A stretch of DNA of 64,000 nucleotides from Clostridia bacterium (GCA_017936565.1 JAGBFG010000043.1:25473-89472), one strand, 5' to 3'. Numbered from the stretch's first letter, positions 1-9,762 are shown. A program made the numbers and translations. Notes: generated from the letters alone by a model not told the origin.

Positions 1-530
1 ATGCGGAAGCCCTCACGGATACAAGCCAACTCGTTCTCGCTCTTGATCTGGCGCAAGGAAACCATAATGTCGTTGCACATTTCAATAGATGCTTCGGGAT
101 ATGCGTCCTTCAAGCCCTCGTAGATGGGCAGGGTGCATTCAACGTAGCTTCCCAAGCCGATGCGAAGCTTCTGACCTGTTACGCCAATTGCCTTGAATAC
201 GTCGGAAAACGTATCGGGAACAAGCTCGGGGTAGGAGGGGTCAGCGGATTCGCGGAATTCCTTTAATACGAAAACCTTGTCAAGCTTGCCAAAGTCCTTC
301 GCGAAGATAGCAGACTCAGGACCGACAAGCAAGGCTGCCTGTCCGTCAGCGCTGATAGCAACGCCCGCTCTCTCAAACAAAGGCCAGAAGCCGGAGAAAT
401 ATCTTGCGTTTGCATAGTCGCTCTCGGTGGAAGCAACCAGCATAACGTCAAGCCCTCTTTCACGAATCAAAGCCGCCGCTTTCTTAATTCTTTCTTGGTA
501 TTCCCAATCAGGAATGCAAACTCTTTCCAT
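1..530 (-). CDS. M24-family metallopeptidase (Xaa-Pro aminopeptidase/creatinase-like), N-terminal part; C-terminus lies beyond the window edge
   Basis: Own reverse-strand translation from ATG (530-528): MERVCIPDWEYQERIKKAAALIRERGLDVMLVASTESDYANARYFSGFWPLFERAGV..., open to position 1. It resembles the creatinase/prolidase N-terminal domain. It is absent from the ORF track because it runs off the edge. Confidence 0.5.
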   Translation of the reverse strand, partial: MERVCIPDWEYQERIKKAAALIRERGLDVMLVASTESDYANARYFSGFWPLFERAGVAISADGQAALLVGPESAIFAKDFGKLDKVFVLKEFRESADPSYPELVPDTFSDVFKAIGVTGQKLRIGLGSYVECTLPIYEGLKDAYPEASIEMCNDIMVSLRQIKSENELACIREGFR

Positions 531-661
531 TTTTCTTCTCCTTTTTAGATATGAAAAATTTTTATTCGCATACGCGATATACTGTATTGAGTATACTACA
601 CCCTTCCCTGTTTGTATTTACATTTTTGTGAAATTTTTTTGCACAATCGTAAAAAAATTTA

Positions 662-690
662 TTGACATACACCATTTTTTGCGATACAAT
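662..690 (+). promoter_or_regulatory. sigma-A-type promoter upstream of the AraC-family gene
   Basis: TTGACA (662-667), 17-nt spacer, TACAAT (685-690), about 35 nt upstream of the start codon. Confidence 0.45.
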
Positions 691-727
691 GATAATGAGA
701 AACGACAAGTCGGAGGAAATGGGACTT

Positions 728-1588
728 ATGGATTTTGCCATTAAAAATTTATCTTACGCCTTAGAGGTGACGGGAGTGGTCAACGTTCATTTTTTTGACT
801 TTGACGAATCCTTTGCCACCACCCTTGACGGTCACCCCTTTTATGAGCTGATTTTTGTTGCCAGCGGCGCTCTTTCCATCACGGCGGAAAAATTTTCGGG
901 CTTTTTGGAAAAGGATATGCTTTTAATTCATTCTCCCAATGAAAAGCACGCCTTGCAGGCGGCAGGGAAAGCCCCCTCGGTCATTATCATCGGGTTTACC
1001 TATGAGGGAGAAAGCCTTTCTCCCTTTTCCCGTCCTGTCAAGCTGAGAGAGGGGGAAATCAAAAAGCTTGCGGAAATTGTGAAGGAAGCAAGAAACGTTT
1101 TCGCGCCGCCTCACAACATTCCCACGCACAATATGAAAAAAAACCGAAACCAGCCCTACGGCGCTGAGCAGCTGCTGAAAATTCTCATTGAATATTTCTT
1201 AATTTCTCTGCAACGGGATTACGGTCCTGACCGTCCGCAAAGCGATGGGGTGAAGCATACCTTTTCGGTGTATGAAATAGTCGAATACCTGAAAACAAAA
1301 TACAAGGAAAAAATCACCTTGAACGAGCTTGCTTTTCTGTTTGGCACAAACCGCACCACGCTCTGCCGCGAGTTCAAAGAGGCGACAGGAAAAACCGTTG
1401 CCGATTTTGTTGCGGAGAAGCGCTTGGAGGAGGCGAAAAGGCGCATCGTTACCACCTCTGCCACCTTCACGGAAATTTCCGCTGCCCTGCATTTTGACAG
1501 CATTCACTATTTTACGCGCTTTTTCAAGAAAAAAACAGGGCTCACTCCCAAGGAGTACCGCCGAAAGAACGCGCAAGGAGCGTCATAA
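728..1588 (+). CDS. AraC-family transcriptional regulator (cupin-like N-domain plus C-terminal HTH)
   Basis: ORF 662..1588. The C-terminus (LNELAFLFGTNRTTLCREFKEATGKTVADFVAEKRLEEAKRRI...LHFDSIHYFTRFFKKKTGLTPKEYRR) is the classic AraC double HTH. ATG at 728 is preferred because GGAGG (712-716) lies 11 nt upstream; ATG 719 is an alternative. Confidence 0.85.
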   Translation: MDFAIKNLSYALEVTGVVNVHFFDFDESFATTLDGHPFYELIFVASGALSITAEKFSGFLEKDMLLIHSPNEKHALQAAGKAPSVIIIGFTYEGESLSPFSRPVKLREGEIKKLAEIVKEARNVFAPPHNIPTHNMKKNRNQPYGAEQLLKILIEYFLISLQRDYGPDRPQSDGVKHTFSVYEIVEYLKTKYKEKITLNELAFLFGTNRTTLCREFKEATGKTVADFVAEKRLEEAKRRIVTTSATFTEISAALHFDSIHYFTRFFKKKTGLTPKEYRRKNAQGAS

Positions 1589-1644
1589 GGGAAAAGCCCC
1601 TTCCCTTTCCCGCAAAAAGTCTTGCAAAACAGGGCTTTTTTACC

Positions 1645-1691
1645 TTGACTTTTGCTTTTTCGGTGCTATAATAGCCTTGTAAAGCAAGGCT
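1645..1691 (+). promoter_or_regulatory. sigma-A-type promoter with an abutting perfect palindrome, upstream of the MATE gene
   Basis: TTGACT (1645-1650), 16-nt spacer, TGc-TATAAT (1664-1672). It is followed immediately by AGCCTTG-taaag-CAAGGCT (1673-1691). Confidence 0.45.
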
Positions 1692-1763
1692 TTTCTCACA
1701 AAGCAATTTTTCGTGCACACTGAAAGCGGTATCGCGTCAGCCGTCAGAAAGGAACGCTCACAA

Positions 1764-3197
1764 ATGGCAAGCTACGTTCGCGCAAAAAAAGAAGTGGATA
1801 TGTTAAACGGGCCCCTGCTTGGCCGTCTTATCCGCTTTTCCATTCCCCTCATTCTTTCGGGCATTTTACAGCTTTTATACAACGCGGCAGATATCATCAT
1901 CGTGGGACAGTTTGAGGGCGTCAACGCCGTAGGGGCGGTGGGGGCGACCACGTCCTTGAACGCGCTTTTTACCAATTTAGCAATCAGCATCTCCGCGGGC
2001 ACCAGTATGTGCCTTTCCGCGCAGCTGGGTGCCAAAAATCGCAGAGCCGCCTTTGAATACGTACACACCGCTATTATAACGGCGCTGGTTCTTGGCGTTG
2101 GCATTGGCTCTATCGGCTTTTTCTTGTCCCGCACGATGCTGGTTTGGACCAACACGGACGCCGCTATTTTGTCCGACGCGACTCTCTACTTAAAAATTTG
2201 CTTTTGCGGTATGCCCGCTAATTTGCTGTATAATTATGCCGCCGCCATTATCCGCAACAACGGCGACACGAAAAGCCCCTTGATTTATCTTTCCATATCG
2301 GGACTTCTGAACGTCGGCTTGAACATTCTCTTGGTTGCCGCCTTTCATATGGGTGTCGCGGGGGTTGCCGTGGCGACGGTTTCTTCCCAAGCTCTCTCTG
2401 CCCTTCTTTGTCTTTTTCATTTGCACCGACTGCCGAAGGAGCATCCCTGTCATTTGTTTTTCAACAAAATTCGCTTTTATAACAACAAATTCATTCAGAT
2501 GCTTAAAGCGGGCATCCCTATTGCCTTAAACGGCTTGGCATTCAGTATTGCCAACGTGACCATTTATTCCAACGTAAATGCGTTTGGCGTTGCCGCAACC
2601 GCGGGCTCTGCCGCATCCTCGAGCGTGGAGGGCTTTACCTATATCGCTATGAACGCCGTGGGGCAGGCGACCCTTATCTTCGTCGGTCAGAACCGAGGCG
2701 CGGAAAACTGGGAGCGCGTCAAGCGGGTTGTTTCCATCAGCAGCATTCTCGTTGTGATTACGGGCGTTGTGATGGCGGTGGTCACCTTTCTTTTTCGCGA
2801 GCCGCTTTTGCTTGCGTATCTGGGAGAGGAGGGTGATGCGCTTTCCTTCGGGGTCAGCCGTATGATTTGCGTTTTGCTTCCTTATTTCCTCTGCGGACTG
2901 ATGGAGGTCTTCGTTTCAGGCTCTCGCGGTATGGGATATTCCTTCTGGCCTATGGTAATTACCGTTTCCTCCGTGTTTGGCTTCCGTATGCTTTGGATAG
3001 CGCTGGCTCTGCCGCCGCTCTATGCCCTTATCCCTGACCCCTTCGCGCAATTCAGGCTTTTGTTTCTTGCCTTCCCGATTTCCTGGCTTATCGCCTGCTT
3101 GCCCCAATGTCTTTATTTTTCTTTCGTTTACCGCCGCACCAAAAAGGCTCTGTCCAAAGAGCTTGCGGAACAAAAAAGTTCTTTGAGCAATTTTTGA
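1764..3197 (+). CDS. MATE-family multidrug/oligosaccharidyl-lipid efflux transporter
   Basis: ORF 1713..3197 encodes a roughly 12-TM protein. The N-terminus (LLGRLIRFSIPLILSGILQLLYNAADIIIVGQF) and the mid repeat (FIQMLKAGIPIALNGLAFSIAN) are typical of MatE repeats. ATG 1764 follows AAAGGA. Confidence 0.85.
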   Translation: MASYVRAKKEVDMLNGPLLGRLIRFSIPLILSGILQLLYNAADIIIVGQFEGVNAVGAVGATTSLNALFTNLAISISAGTSMCLSAQLGAKNRRAAFEYVHTAIITALVLGVGIGSIGFFLSRTMLVWTNTDAAILSDATLYLKICFCGMPANLLYNYAAAIIRNNGDTKSPLIYLSISGLLNVGLNILLVAAFHMGVAGVAVATVSSQALSALLCLFHLHRLPKEHPCHLFFNKIRFYNNKFIQMLKAGIPIALNGLAFSIANVTIYSNVNAFGVAATAGSAASSSVEGFTYIAMNAVGQATLIFVGQNRGAENWERVKRVVSISSILVVITGVVMAVVTFLFREPLLLAYLGEEGDALSFGVSRMICVLLPYFLCGLMEVFVSGSRGMGYSFWPMVITVSSVFGFRMLWIALALPPLYALIPDPFAQFRLLFLAFPISWLIACLPQCLYFSFVYRRTKKALSKELAEQKSSLSNF

Positions 3198-3214
3198 AAA
3201 AGGATTTTTCTGCT

Positions 3215-4024
3215 ATGTCTTCTTATATGAATATGAACTTTCATACCCACACGGTCTACTGTGACGGAAAAAACACCCCTGCCGAATTGGTGGAAGAGGC
3301 TATTGCCAAGGGCTTTACCGCTCTTGGCTTTTCCGGGCACGCCTATACCCCGATGGACCTGCGCTACTGTATGTCGGAAAAGGGGACAGAGGAATACCGT
3401 GAGGAGATTTTTCGCTTGAAGGACGCCTATAAGGGGCAAATTGACATATACTGCGGCTTGGAAATGGACTATTTTTCAGAAACCGACACCAATGGTTACG
3501 ATTTTCTGATAGGCTCTGTGCATTATCTTTACAAGGACGGCGAATACCATTCCATTGACGGCGGCGTGTCTTATTTTGAGCATCTTTTCTCCTTGTACAA
3601 GGGGGACGGATACGCCTTGGCAGAGGATTATTACCGACTGCTTGGCGAGGTTGTTGACAAAACGAAGGCGGATATTGTCGGGCATTTTGATTTGGTGGAA
3701 AAATTCAACAAGGATAGCCGCTATTTCTCCGCTTCCCATCCCCGTTATGAAAGGGCAAGCCTTGATGCCCTTTCCGTTTTGCTGAAAACGGGCTGTATTT
3801 TTGAAATCAACACGGGAGCGCTTTCCCGCGGCTATTCTGCTCTTTACCCCTCAAAAGCGCTTGTTTGTAAGATGGCAGAAGCAGGAGCAAGGCTCATTCT
3901 TTCCTCTGATTGTCACCAAAAGGAAAATCTGGATTTTGCCTTTTCTTCGGTGAAGGAGCTGCCATACTTCCCCGCCATAGAAGGCTGCTTGCTCACTTCC
4001 AGCCCCTTTCCGACAAAAAAATAA
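3215..4024 (+). CDS. PHP-family histidinol-phosphatase-like hydrolase (HisJ/HisK type)
   Basis: The protein starts MSSYMNMNFHTHTVYCDGKNTPAELVEEAIAKGFTALGFSGH, with the H-x-H PHP motif and later GHFDL and SSDCH motifs. The upstream in-frame extension overlaps the MATE gene and was discarded. Confidence 0.75.
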   Translation: MSSYMNMNFHTHTVYCDGKNTPAELVEEAIAKGFTALGFSGHAYTPMDLRYCMSEKGTEEYREEIFRLKDAYKGQIDIYCGLEMDYFSETDTNGYDFLIGSVHYLYKDGEYHSIDGGVSYFEHLFSLYKGDGYALAEDYYRLLGEVVDKTKADIVGHFDLVEKFNKDSRYFSASHPRYERASLDALSVLLKTGCIFEINTGALSRGYSALYPSKALVCKMAEAGARLILSSDCHQKENLDFAFSSVKELPYFPAIEGCLLTSSPFPTKK

Positions 4025-4031
4025 AGAAAGA

Positions 4032-4061
4032 CGGTTATGTATTGCCATAACCGCCTTTTTT
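4032..4061 (+). terminator. rho-independent terminator after the PHP gene
   Basis: CGGTTATG (4032-4039), 6-nt loop, CATAACCG (4046-4053), then a T6 tract. Confidence 0.6.
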
Positions 4062-4253
4062 GTTAAGAATATGAAAAGACCGTTAAACCCATTTTCCCCC
4101 TGCCTACAAGAGCGATGCGCGTGGGAAAAGCGGACGCACAAAATTTTATGTTTTTTCGCTTTTCCCCTTTACTTTTTTGGCTTTTTTTGTTATAATGAAA
4201 GGGTAGTTTTTGCTTTGCGACTCGCCAAGCAACGGAAAGGAAAGGAAAAACCT

Positions 4254-4976
4254 ATGCGGCTTGACAAATTTCTCTCCTCGTCGGGCATTTGCTCGCGAAA
4301 AGAAGCCATAAAGCTCACCTTGAAGGGCGCTTTGACGGTGAACGGGAAAACGGTGAAGCGCTCGGACGTTGCTATTTCTCCCGAATGCGATACGGTGTGC
4401 CTAAACGGCGAGCCTATTCGCTACGAGGAATTTGTCTACATTATGCTGAACAAGCCCGAGGGGTACATCAGCGCCACTGAGGACGGAAATTTGCCCGTTG
4501 TCACCTCTCTTTTGTCCGAAGCATTGCAAAGAAGAGGCGTTTTCCCCTGCGGAAGACTCGACAAGGACACCGTGGGACTGATGATTTTAACGGATGACGG
4601 CGCCTTATCTCACGCCCTGCTTTCTCCCAAAAGGCACGTGGCAAAAATATATGGATTTACGCTTTCCTCTCCTTTACCGAAGGGGGCAGAGAAGCGCTTT
4701 GCCCAAGGCGTTCCCTTAAAGGACGGGATTTGCAAAAGCGCAAGGCTCTGTCTTTCCGAGGACAGGCTGTCGGGTGAAATTGTTTTGACCGAGGGAAAAT
4801 ATCACCAAATCAAGAGAATGATGCAAACAGAGGGCAGTGAGGTTGTCTTTTTGGAAAGGCGCGCCTTTGGGGGCATTCCCTTGGATACGGCGCTTGGGCG
4901 AGGAGAGTGGCGTCCCTTAACACAGGAAGAGGTCACTATACTGAAAAACGCACCCGCTAAAAATAAGGATTTATAA
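4254..4976 (+). CDS. rRNA pseudouridine synthase, RsuA/RluB family (S4 domain plus PsuS catalytic domain)
   Basis: MRLDKFLSSSGICSRKEAIKLTLKGALTVNGK is an S4 domain, and GRLDKDTVGLMILTDDG is the catalytic Asp motif. ATG 4254 follows a GGAAAGGAAAGGA tract. Confidence 0.8.
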   Translation: MRLDKFLSSSGICSRKEAIKLTLKGALTVNGKTVKRSDVAISPECDTVCLNGEPIRYEEFVYIMLNKPEGYISATEDGNLPVVTSLLSEALQRRGVFPCGRLDKDTVGLMILTDDGALSHALLSPKRHVAKIYGFTLSSPLPKGAEKRFAQGVPLKDGICKSARLCLSEDRLSGEIVLTEGKYHQIKRMMQTEGSEVVFLERRAFGGIPLDTALGRGEWRPLTQEEVTILKNAPAKNKDL

Positions 4977-4992
4977 AAGAAAGGTTTTTTAT

Positions 4993-7152
4993 ATGAATAT
5001 CATTGAAATTTTAGCGCAAGAATTAAATTGGGACAAGGAACAAATCCAAAAGACAGTGGAGATGCTCGACGAGGGGAATACCGTTCCCTTTATCGCCCGC
5101 TACCGTAAGGAAGTAACAGGTAGTATGAGCGATGAAATGCTGCGTAAATTAGAGGACAGGCTCACCTATCTTCGCCATTTGGACGAGCGCAGAGAGGAAA
5201 TCTCCGCTTCCATTACCGCCCAAGAGAAAATGACGCCCGAGCTTGCCGCCGCTATTGAAAAGGCGACAACACTGGTAGAGCTTGAGGACTTATATCTTCC
5301 CTACCGTCCCAAGAGAAAGACCCGTGCTTCCGTGGCAAGAGAAAAGGGGCTTGAGCCGCTTGCCGCCTTGTTTATGGAGCAAAAAGATGATTACGGCGCC
5401 ACCGTTGAGGAATTGGCAACCGCTTATGTTGACACGGAAAAGGGAGTTGAGGATGCCGCTTCTGCCATTGCGGGTGCCAAGGATATTATTGCCGAGGACA
5501 TTTCCGACACGGCGGATTACCGCAAGATGCTGCGCGCTTATATCACCGAGAACGGCTCCTTAACCGCCAAGGCTGCCAAGGAAGAGGATTCTGTTTATGC
5601 CGATTATTATGACTTCTCCGAGCCTATTTCCAAAATTCGTCCGCACCGCGTTCTTGCCATCAACCGCGGCGAAAAGGAAGGCTTCTTGAAGGTCGCCCTG
5701 TCACTCAACACGGAAGAGGCGATAAACAAGCTTTGCTCCTTGGTTATTCAAAACCCCTCATCCCCCGTTGCTTCCCTTCTGACCGAGGTGGTAACCGACA
5801 GCTACGAGCGCCTGATTTTCCCCGCTATTGAGCGCGAAATCCGCAACACCCTCTTTGACGATGCCGCCGAGGGCGCTTTGTCCGTCTTTTCCGAAAACCT
5901 GAAAAATCTGCTTCTCATCGCTCCTGTAAAGGGCAAGACAGTACTTGGCTTTGACCCCGGATACGCGCACGGCTGCAAATTAGCTGTCGTGGACAAGACG
6001 GGCAAATACCTCTATTCTACCGTGATTTATCCCACCAAGCCCAGAGAGAATATTGTCGGTGCTACCAAGATTTTGGAAGAGCTGGTGCGCAAATACGGCG
6101 TGGAAATCATCGCCATCGGCAACGGTACTGCCTCTCGCGAGAGTGAGAAATTCGTTGCGGATTTCATTCACGAAAAGGGCTTGAAGGTTTCTTATACCAT
6201 CGTATCCGAGTCGGGCGCTTCTGTTTACTCCGCAACGCCCTTAGCAGCAGAGGAATTTCCTGACTTGGACGTAAACGAGCGCAGCGCCGTTTCCATTGCC
6301 CGCCGTCTGCAAGACCCCTTGGCAGAGCTGGTTAAGGTAGACCCGAAGGCAATCGGCGTCGGTCAATATCAGCACGATATGAACCCCAAGCGTCTGTCTG
6401 AAACCTTGGGCGGCGTTGTAGAGGACTGCGTAAACAGCGTCGGTGTTGACGTCAATACCGCATCCTATTCCTTGCTCTCCTATATTTCGGGCATCAACAA
6501 GACCATTGCCAAAAACATTGTGGCTTACCGTGAGGAAAACGGCGAATTTACAAAAAGAGCGCAAATTCTCAAGGTGCCCAAGCTCGGCGCGAAGGCGTAT
6601 GAGCAATGCGCAGGCTTCTTGCGTGTTTCGGGCTCGGATGAAATTCTGGACAACACGGGCGTTCACCCCGAGTCCTATCCCGTAGCCACCGCGCTTCTCT
6701 CCCGCTACGGCTATACTGAGGAAGACGTGCGCAAGAATAACCTTTCTCTTCTGCGCACCAAAACCGAAAAGGAAGGTTTTGGCAAGGTTGCCGCTGCCTT
6801 AGACTGTGGCGAGCCTACCCTGCTTGACATCATTGGGGAGCTTGAAAAGCCCGGGCGCGACAGCCGCGATGACGCCCCCGCCCCTATTTTGCGCACGGAC
6901 GTGCTTGAAATGAAGGACTTGCAGCCCGATATGATTTTGAAGGGAACGGTTCGGAACGTTGTCGATTTTGGCGCTTTCGTAGACATCGGTGTTCACGAGG
7001 ACGGTCTGCTTCACGTTTCTGAAATGTCTGACCGCTTTGTCAAGCGCCCCGCGGATATTTTGGCGGTTGGCGACGTGATTGAGGTGCGCATCAAGAGCGT
7101 GGATTTAGCGCGCAAGAGAATTTCTCTGACCCGCAAGGGAATGGGTAACTAA
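4993..7152 (+). CDS. tex: Tex-like transcription accessory protein (YqgF/RuvX-like, HhH and C-terminal S1 domains)
   Basis: 719 aa. The N-terminus (VPFIARYRKEVTGSMSDEMLRKLEDRLTYLRHLDERR) and C-terminal S1 domain (GTVRNVVDFGAFVDIGVHEDGLLHVSEM) are diagnostic for Tex. Confidence 0.9.
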   Translation: MNIIEILAQELNWDKEQIQKTVEMLDEGNTVPFIARYRKEVTGSMSDEMLRKLEDRLTYLRHLDERREEISASITAQEKMTPELAAAIEKATTLVELEDLYLPYRPKRKTRASVAREKGLEPLAALFMEQKDDYGATVEELATAYVDTEKGVEDAASAIAGAKDIIAEDISDTADYRKMLRAYITENGSLTAKAAKEEDSVYADYYDFSEPISKIRPHRVLAINRGEKEGFLKVALSLNTEEAINKLCSLVIQNPSSPVASLLTEVVTDSYERLIFPAIEREIRNTLFDDAAEGALSVFSENLKNLLLIAPVKGKTVLGFDPGYAHGCKLAVVDKTGKYLYSTVIYPTKPRENIVGATKILEELVRKYGVEIIAIGNGTASRESEKFVADFIHEKGLKVSYTIVSESGASVYSATPLAAEEFPDLDVNERSAVSIARRLQDPLAELVKVDPKAIGVGQYQHDMNPKRLSETLGGVVEDCVNSVGVDVNTASYSLLSYISGINKTIAKNIVAYREENGEFTKRAQILKVPKLGAKAYEQCAGFLRVSGSDEILDNTGVHPESYPVATALLSRYGYTEEDVRKNNLSLLRTKTEKEGFGKVAAALDCGEPTLLDIIGELEKPGRDSRDDAPAPILRTDVLEMKDLQPDMILKGTVRNVVDFGAFVDIGVHEDGLLHVSEMSDRFVKRPADILAVGDVIEVRIKSVDLARKRISLTRKGMGN

Positions 7153-7353
7153 TTCTAATTTATTAGAAAGAAAAGCAGGCGCATTTGTTCTTTTTTCGTG
7201 AGAATTGGCGCGATTTTGTGCAAATGTACCAAAAGTGACAGATGTTTTTTGGGAAAAAGAACTCTTTTCAAATGGCTCCTTTTCTGCTATAATAGTATCG
7301 TTAAAAAATCGGTATCTTTCAGATACCTTAAAATTCAGGAGGTTCATTTTATT

Positions 7354-8487
7354 ATGGCAAGTCTTTCTTTGAAGCACATTTTCAAAAAATACCCCGGTGG
7401 CGTGACTGCTGTTTCCGACTTCAACTTGGAAATTAAGGACAAGGAATTTTTGGTTTTCGTTGGTCCTTCCGGATGCGGTAAATCTACCACTCTCCGTATG
7501 ATCGCAGGTCTTGAAGAAATCACCGAGGGTGAGCTCTTCATTGGTGACAACCTGGTAAACGACGTCGCTCCTAAGGATCGCGATATCGCCATGGTGTTCC
7601 AGAACTACGCCTTGTATCCTCATATGACCGTGTTTGAAAACATGGCATTCGGCTTGAAGCTTCGCAAGGTTTCAAAGGAAGAAATCAAGCGCCGCGTGGA
7701 AGAAGCCGCTAAGATTTTGGACATCAACCATCTGCTTGACCGTAAGCCGAAGGCTTTGTCCGGCGGTCAGAAGCAGCGTGTTGCTTTGGGTCGTGCTATC
7801 GTTCGTGATCCCAAGGTATTCTTGCTTGACGAGCCTCTTTCCAACCTTGACGCTAAGCTCCGTGCTTCCATGAGAACCGAGCTTACCAAAATTCACAAGA
7901 GAGTGGGTACTACCTTTATCTACGTAACCCACGACCAGACAGAAGCTATGACCATGGCAACCCGTATCGTTGTTATGAAGGACGGCTTGATTCAACAGGT
8001 TGACACGCCTCAGAATCTGTATGACCTTCCCTGCAACCTCTTCGTTGCCGGCTTTATCGGTACGCCTCAGATGAACTTTGTCACGGGCGCTTTGGTACAA
8101 AAGGGCGAGGATTTGCACATCGAATTCGGCAACACCTCTATCAAGCTTCCCGCCGACAAGGCTTCCAACCCCGCTCTTAAAGAGTATATCGGTCAGGACG
8201 TTGTAATGGGTATCCGTCCCGAGCATATCCACGACGAGCCTATGTATATCGCCAATATGCCCGACAGCCTGATGGAAGCAACCGTTGACGTAACCGAGCT
8301 TATGGGCGCTGAAATTTACTTGTATCTGGCATTTGAAGGACAGGACGACGCCACCAACGGCAAGACCATCATCGCCCGTGTTTCTTCCCGCTCTCAATCC
8401 CGCGCAGGCGATCAGATCAAGGTTGCTATCGACGCTGAGAGAATTCACATTTTTGATAAAGACACCGAAAGATGCATTGTTCACTAA
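7354..8487 (+). CDS. Sugar ABC transporter ATP-binding protein (MsmK/MalK/UgpC type)
   Basis: Walker [10 protein letters not shown], signature LSGGQKQRV, Walker [12 protein letters not shown] and a MalK-like C-terminal TOBE-type domain. ATG 7354 lies 11 nt after AGGAGG (7337-7342). Confidence 0.85.
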   Translation: MASLSLKHIFKKYPGGVTAVSDFNLEIKDKEFLVFVGPSGCGKSTTLRMIAGLEEITEGELFIGDNLVNDVAPKDRDIAMVFQNYALYPHMTVFENMAFGLKLRKVSKEEIKRRVEEAAKILDINHLLDRKPKALSGGQKQRVALGRAIVRDPKVFLLDEPLSNLDAKLRASMRTELTKIHKRVGTTFIYVTHDQTEAMTMATRIVVMKDGLIQQVDTPQNLYDLPCNLFVAGFIGTPQMNFVTGALVQKGEDLHIEFGNTSIKLPADKASNPALKEYIGQDVVMGIRPEHIHDEPMYIANMPDSLMEATVDVTELMGAEIYLYLAFEGQDDATNGKTIIARVSSRSQSRAGDQIKVAIDAERIHIFDKDTERCIVH

Positions 8488-8557
8488 TGCCTTCGGCATA
8501 GGGGGCATCGCTTAAAGCAGACGGAAAACGCCGTATGACAAGTATGCCCTTGGTACT

Positions 8558-8597
8558 GAAAAGCGGCTTCATTTTTGAAGTCGCTTTTCTTCTTTGC
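8558..8597 (+). terminator. rho-independent terminator after the ABC ATPase gene
   Basis: GAAAAGCGGCTTCA (8558-8571), TTTT loop, TGAAGTCGCTTTTC (8576-8589; one G-U pair), followed by a T-rich tail. Confidence 0.55.
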
Positions 8598-8655
8598 TAT
8601 GCGCAATCCTTGTATGCATTTCTCACGCTATATCTATTTGAAAAGGAGAAAAGCC

Positions 8656-9357
8656 ATGCCCTTGTATCGCTTTGCTGATTTTGTGTTTGACATACAACCG
8701 CGCTACGACTATACGCTTTTTCTGTGTAAGGACTATGAGGTGAAGGATGGGGTGCCCGATTTCGTAATCAAAGCCACAGAGGAAGAGTGCCAAGCTGAAA
8801 AGCAAAGGGCGCTTAGCGCCGTTTCCTCGGGATATTGCGAGGGAATGGTGATATACCGCAAAATCTGCAACGCCGTTGCCGCCTTTGATACAATGCTTTT
8901 GCACGGCGCAACCGTCAAGGTAGCGGGAAAGGCATATGCCTTTTGCGCGCCGAGCGGTACGGGAAAAACCACGCACATTCATTTGTGGAAGCTCTGCTAC
9001 AAGGACAAGGTGACCGTTCTGAACGGCGACAAGCCGCTTTTGCGCAAAAAGGGCGATACCTTCTTTGCCTATGGCACGCCCTGGTGCGGCAAGGAAGGCT
9101 GGAACACAAACGACTCCGCGCCCCTTTCCGCCATTTGTTTTTTGGAACGGGCAAAAACGAACAGCATACGCCGTCTTTCCAAGGAAGAGGCGCTTATGCG
9201 CATTTTTGAGCAGCTGCTTAAGCCCTCGCATATAGCGGGAGTAGAGGCGCTTCTTTCCATGACGGACGCGCTTTTGTCCTATGTACCTATGTATCTGCTT
9301 TCTTGCGATATTTCAGAGGAAGCGGCGGCTCTTTCGTTTGAAACGATGACAAAATAA
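8656..9357 (+). CDS. HPr-kinase-like P-loop protein (HprK C-terminal-domain-related putative kinase)
   Basis: LLHGATVKVAGKAYAFCAPSGTGKTTH resembles the HprK motif HG-x-hydrophobic-G-x-G-hydrophobic-x-G-x-SG-x-GKS/T. ATG 8656 follows AAAGGAG. It sits next to a PqqD-family gene, as in some RiPP clusters. Confidence 0.55.
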   Translation: MPLYRFADFVFDIQPRYDYTLFLCKDYEVKDGVPDFVIKATEEECQAEKQRALSAVSSGYCEGMVIYRKICNAVAAFDTMLLHGATVKVAGKAYAFCAPSGTGKTTHIHLWKLCYKDKVTVLNGDKPLLRKKGDTFFAYGTPWCGKEGWNTNDSAPLSAICFLERAKTNSIRRLSKEEALMRIFEQLLKPSHIAGVEALLSMTDALLSYVPMYLLSCDISEEAAALSFETMTK

Positions 9358-9423
9358 TAGAGTCAACTCTTATAATACAAGCCGTCGCAGGTGTTTTTGC
9401 GATCAGGCGGAAAGGAATATACT

Positions 9424-9690
9424 ATGAAGATTAAGGACGGATTTATGCTGCGGGACGTAGCGGGCTTTTCTTTGGTGGTGCCCATCAATGCCGAGGCGTC
9501 CTTTCAAGGAATGATGCGCCTGAACGGTACGGGAAAATTCCTTTGGCAGCAGTTAGAAAAGGAAGCCGATGAGGTAGCTCTTGTCAGCGCGCTCTGTGAA
9601 AGCTACGATATAGACGAAGCCGCTGCCAAAGAGGACGTTGCCGCGTTTCTCTTGCGGCTTGACTCTCTCGGTGTTCTTGAAAAACAATGA
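9424..9690 (+). CDS. PqqD-family protein (RiPP recognition element-like)
   Basis: 88 aa. MKIKDGFMLRDVAGFSLVVP...LNGTGKFLWQQLEKEADEVALVSALCESYDIDEAAAKEDVAAFLLRLDSLGVL has the typical PqqD/RRE length and pattern. Confidence 0.7.
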   Translation: MKIKDGFMLRDVAGFSLVVPINAEASFQGMMRLNGTGKFLWQQLEKEADEVALVSALCESYDIDEAAAKEDVAAFLLRLDSLGVLEKQ

Positions 9691-9762
9691 TTTTGCTTTC
9701 TTTGGGCTGTCGCTTTGATAGCCCTTTTATAAACCTGTAAGAACGGTAAAAGGAGAAAAACA

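Noticed and set aside
7672-8508. 278-aa ORF on the minus strand opposite the sugar ABC ATPase gene
   Set aside because: It is entirely antisense to a gene with unmistakable Walker A/B and signature motifs. It has no RBS, and its translation is low-complexity and unlike any protein family I recognise.
8535-8681. 48-codon ORF upstream of the HprK-like gene, considered as a possible RiPP precursor
   Set aside because: It has no convincing RBS. It runs through the terminator hairpin of the ABC ATPase gene and across the RBS and start of the next gene. Its sequence is hydrophobic and low-complexity without a leader/core organisation.
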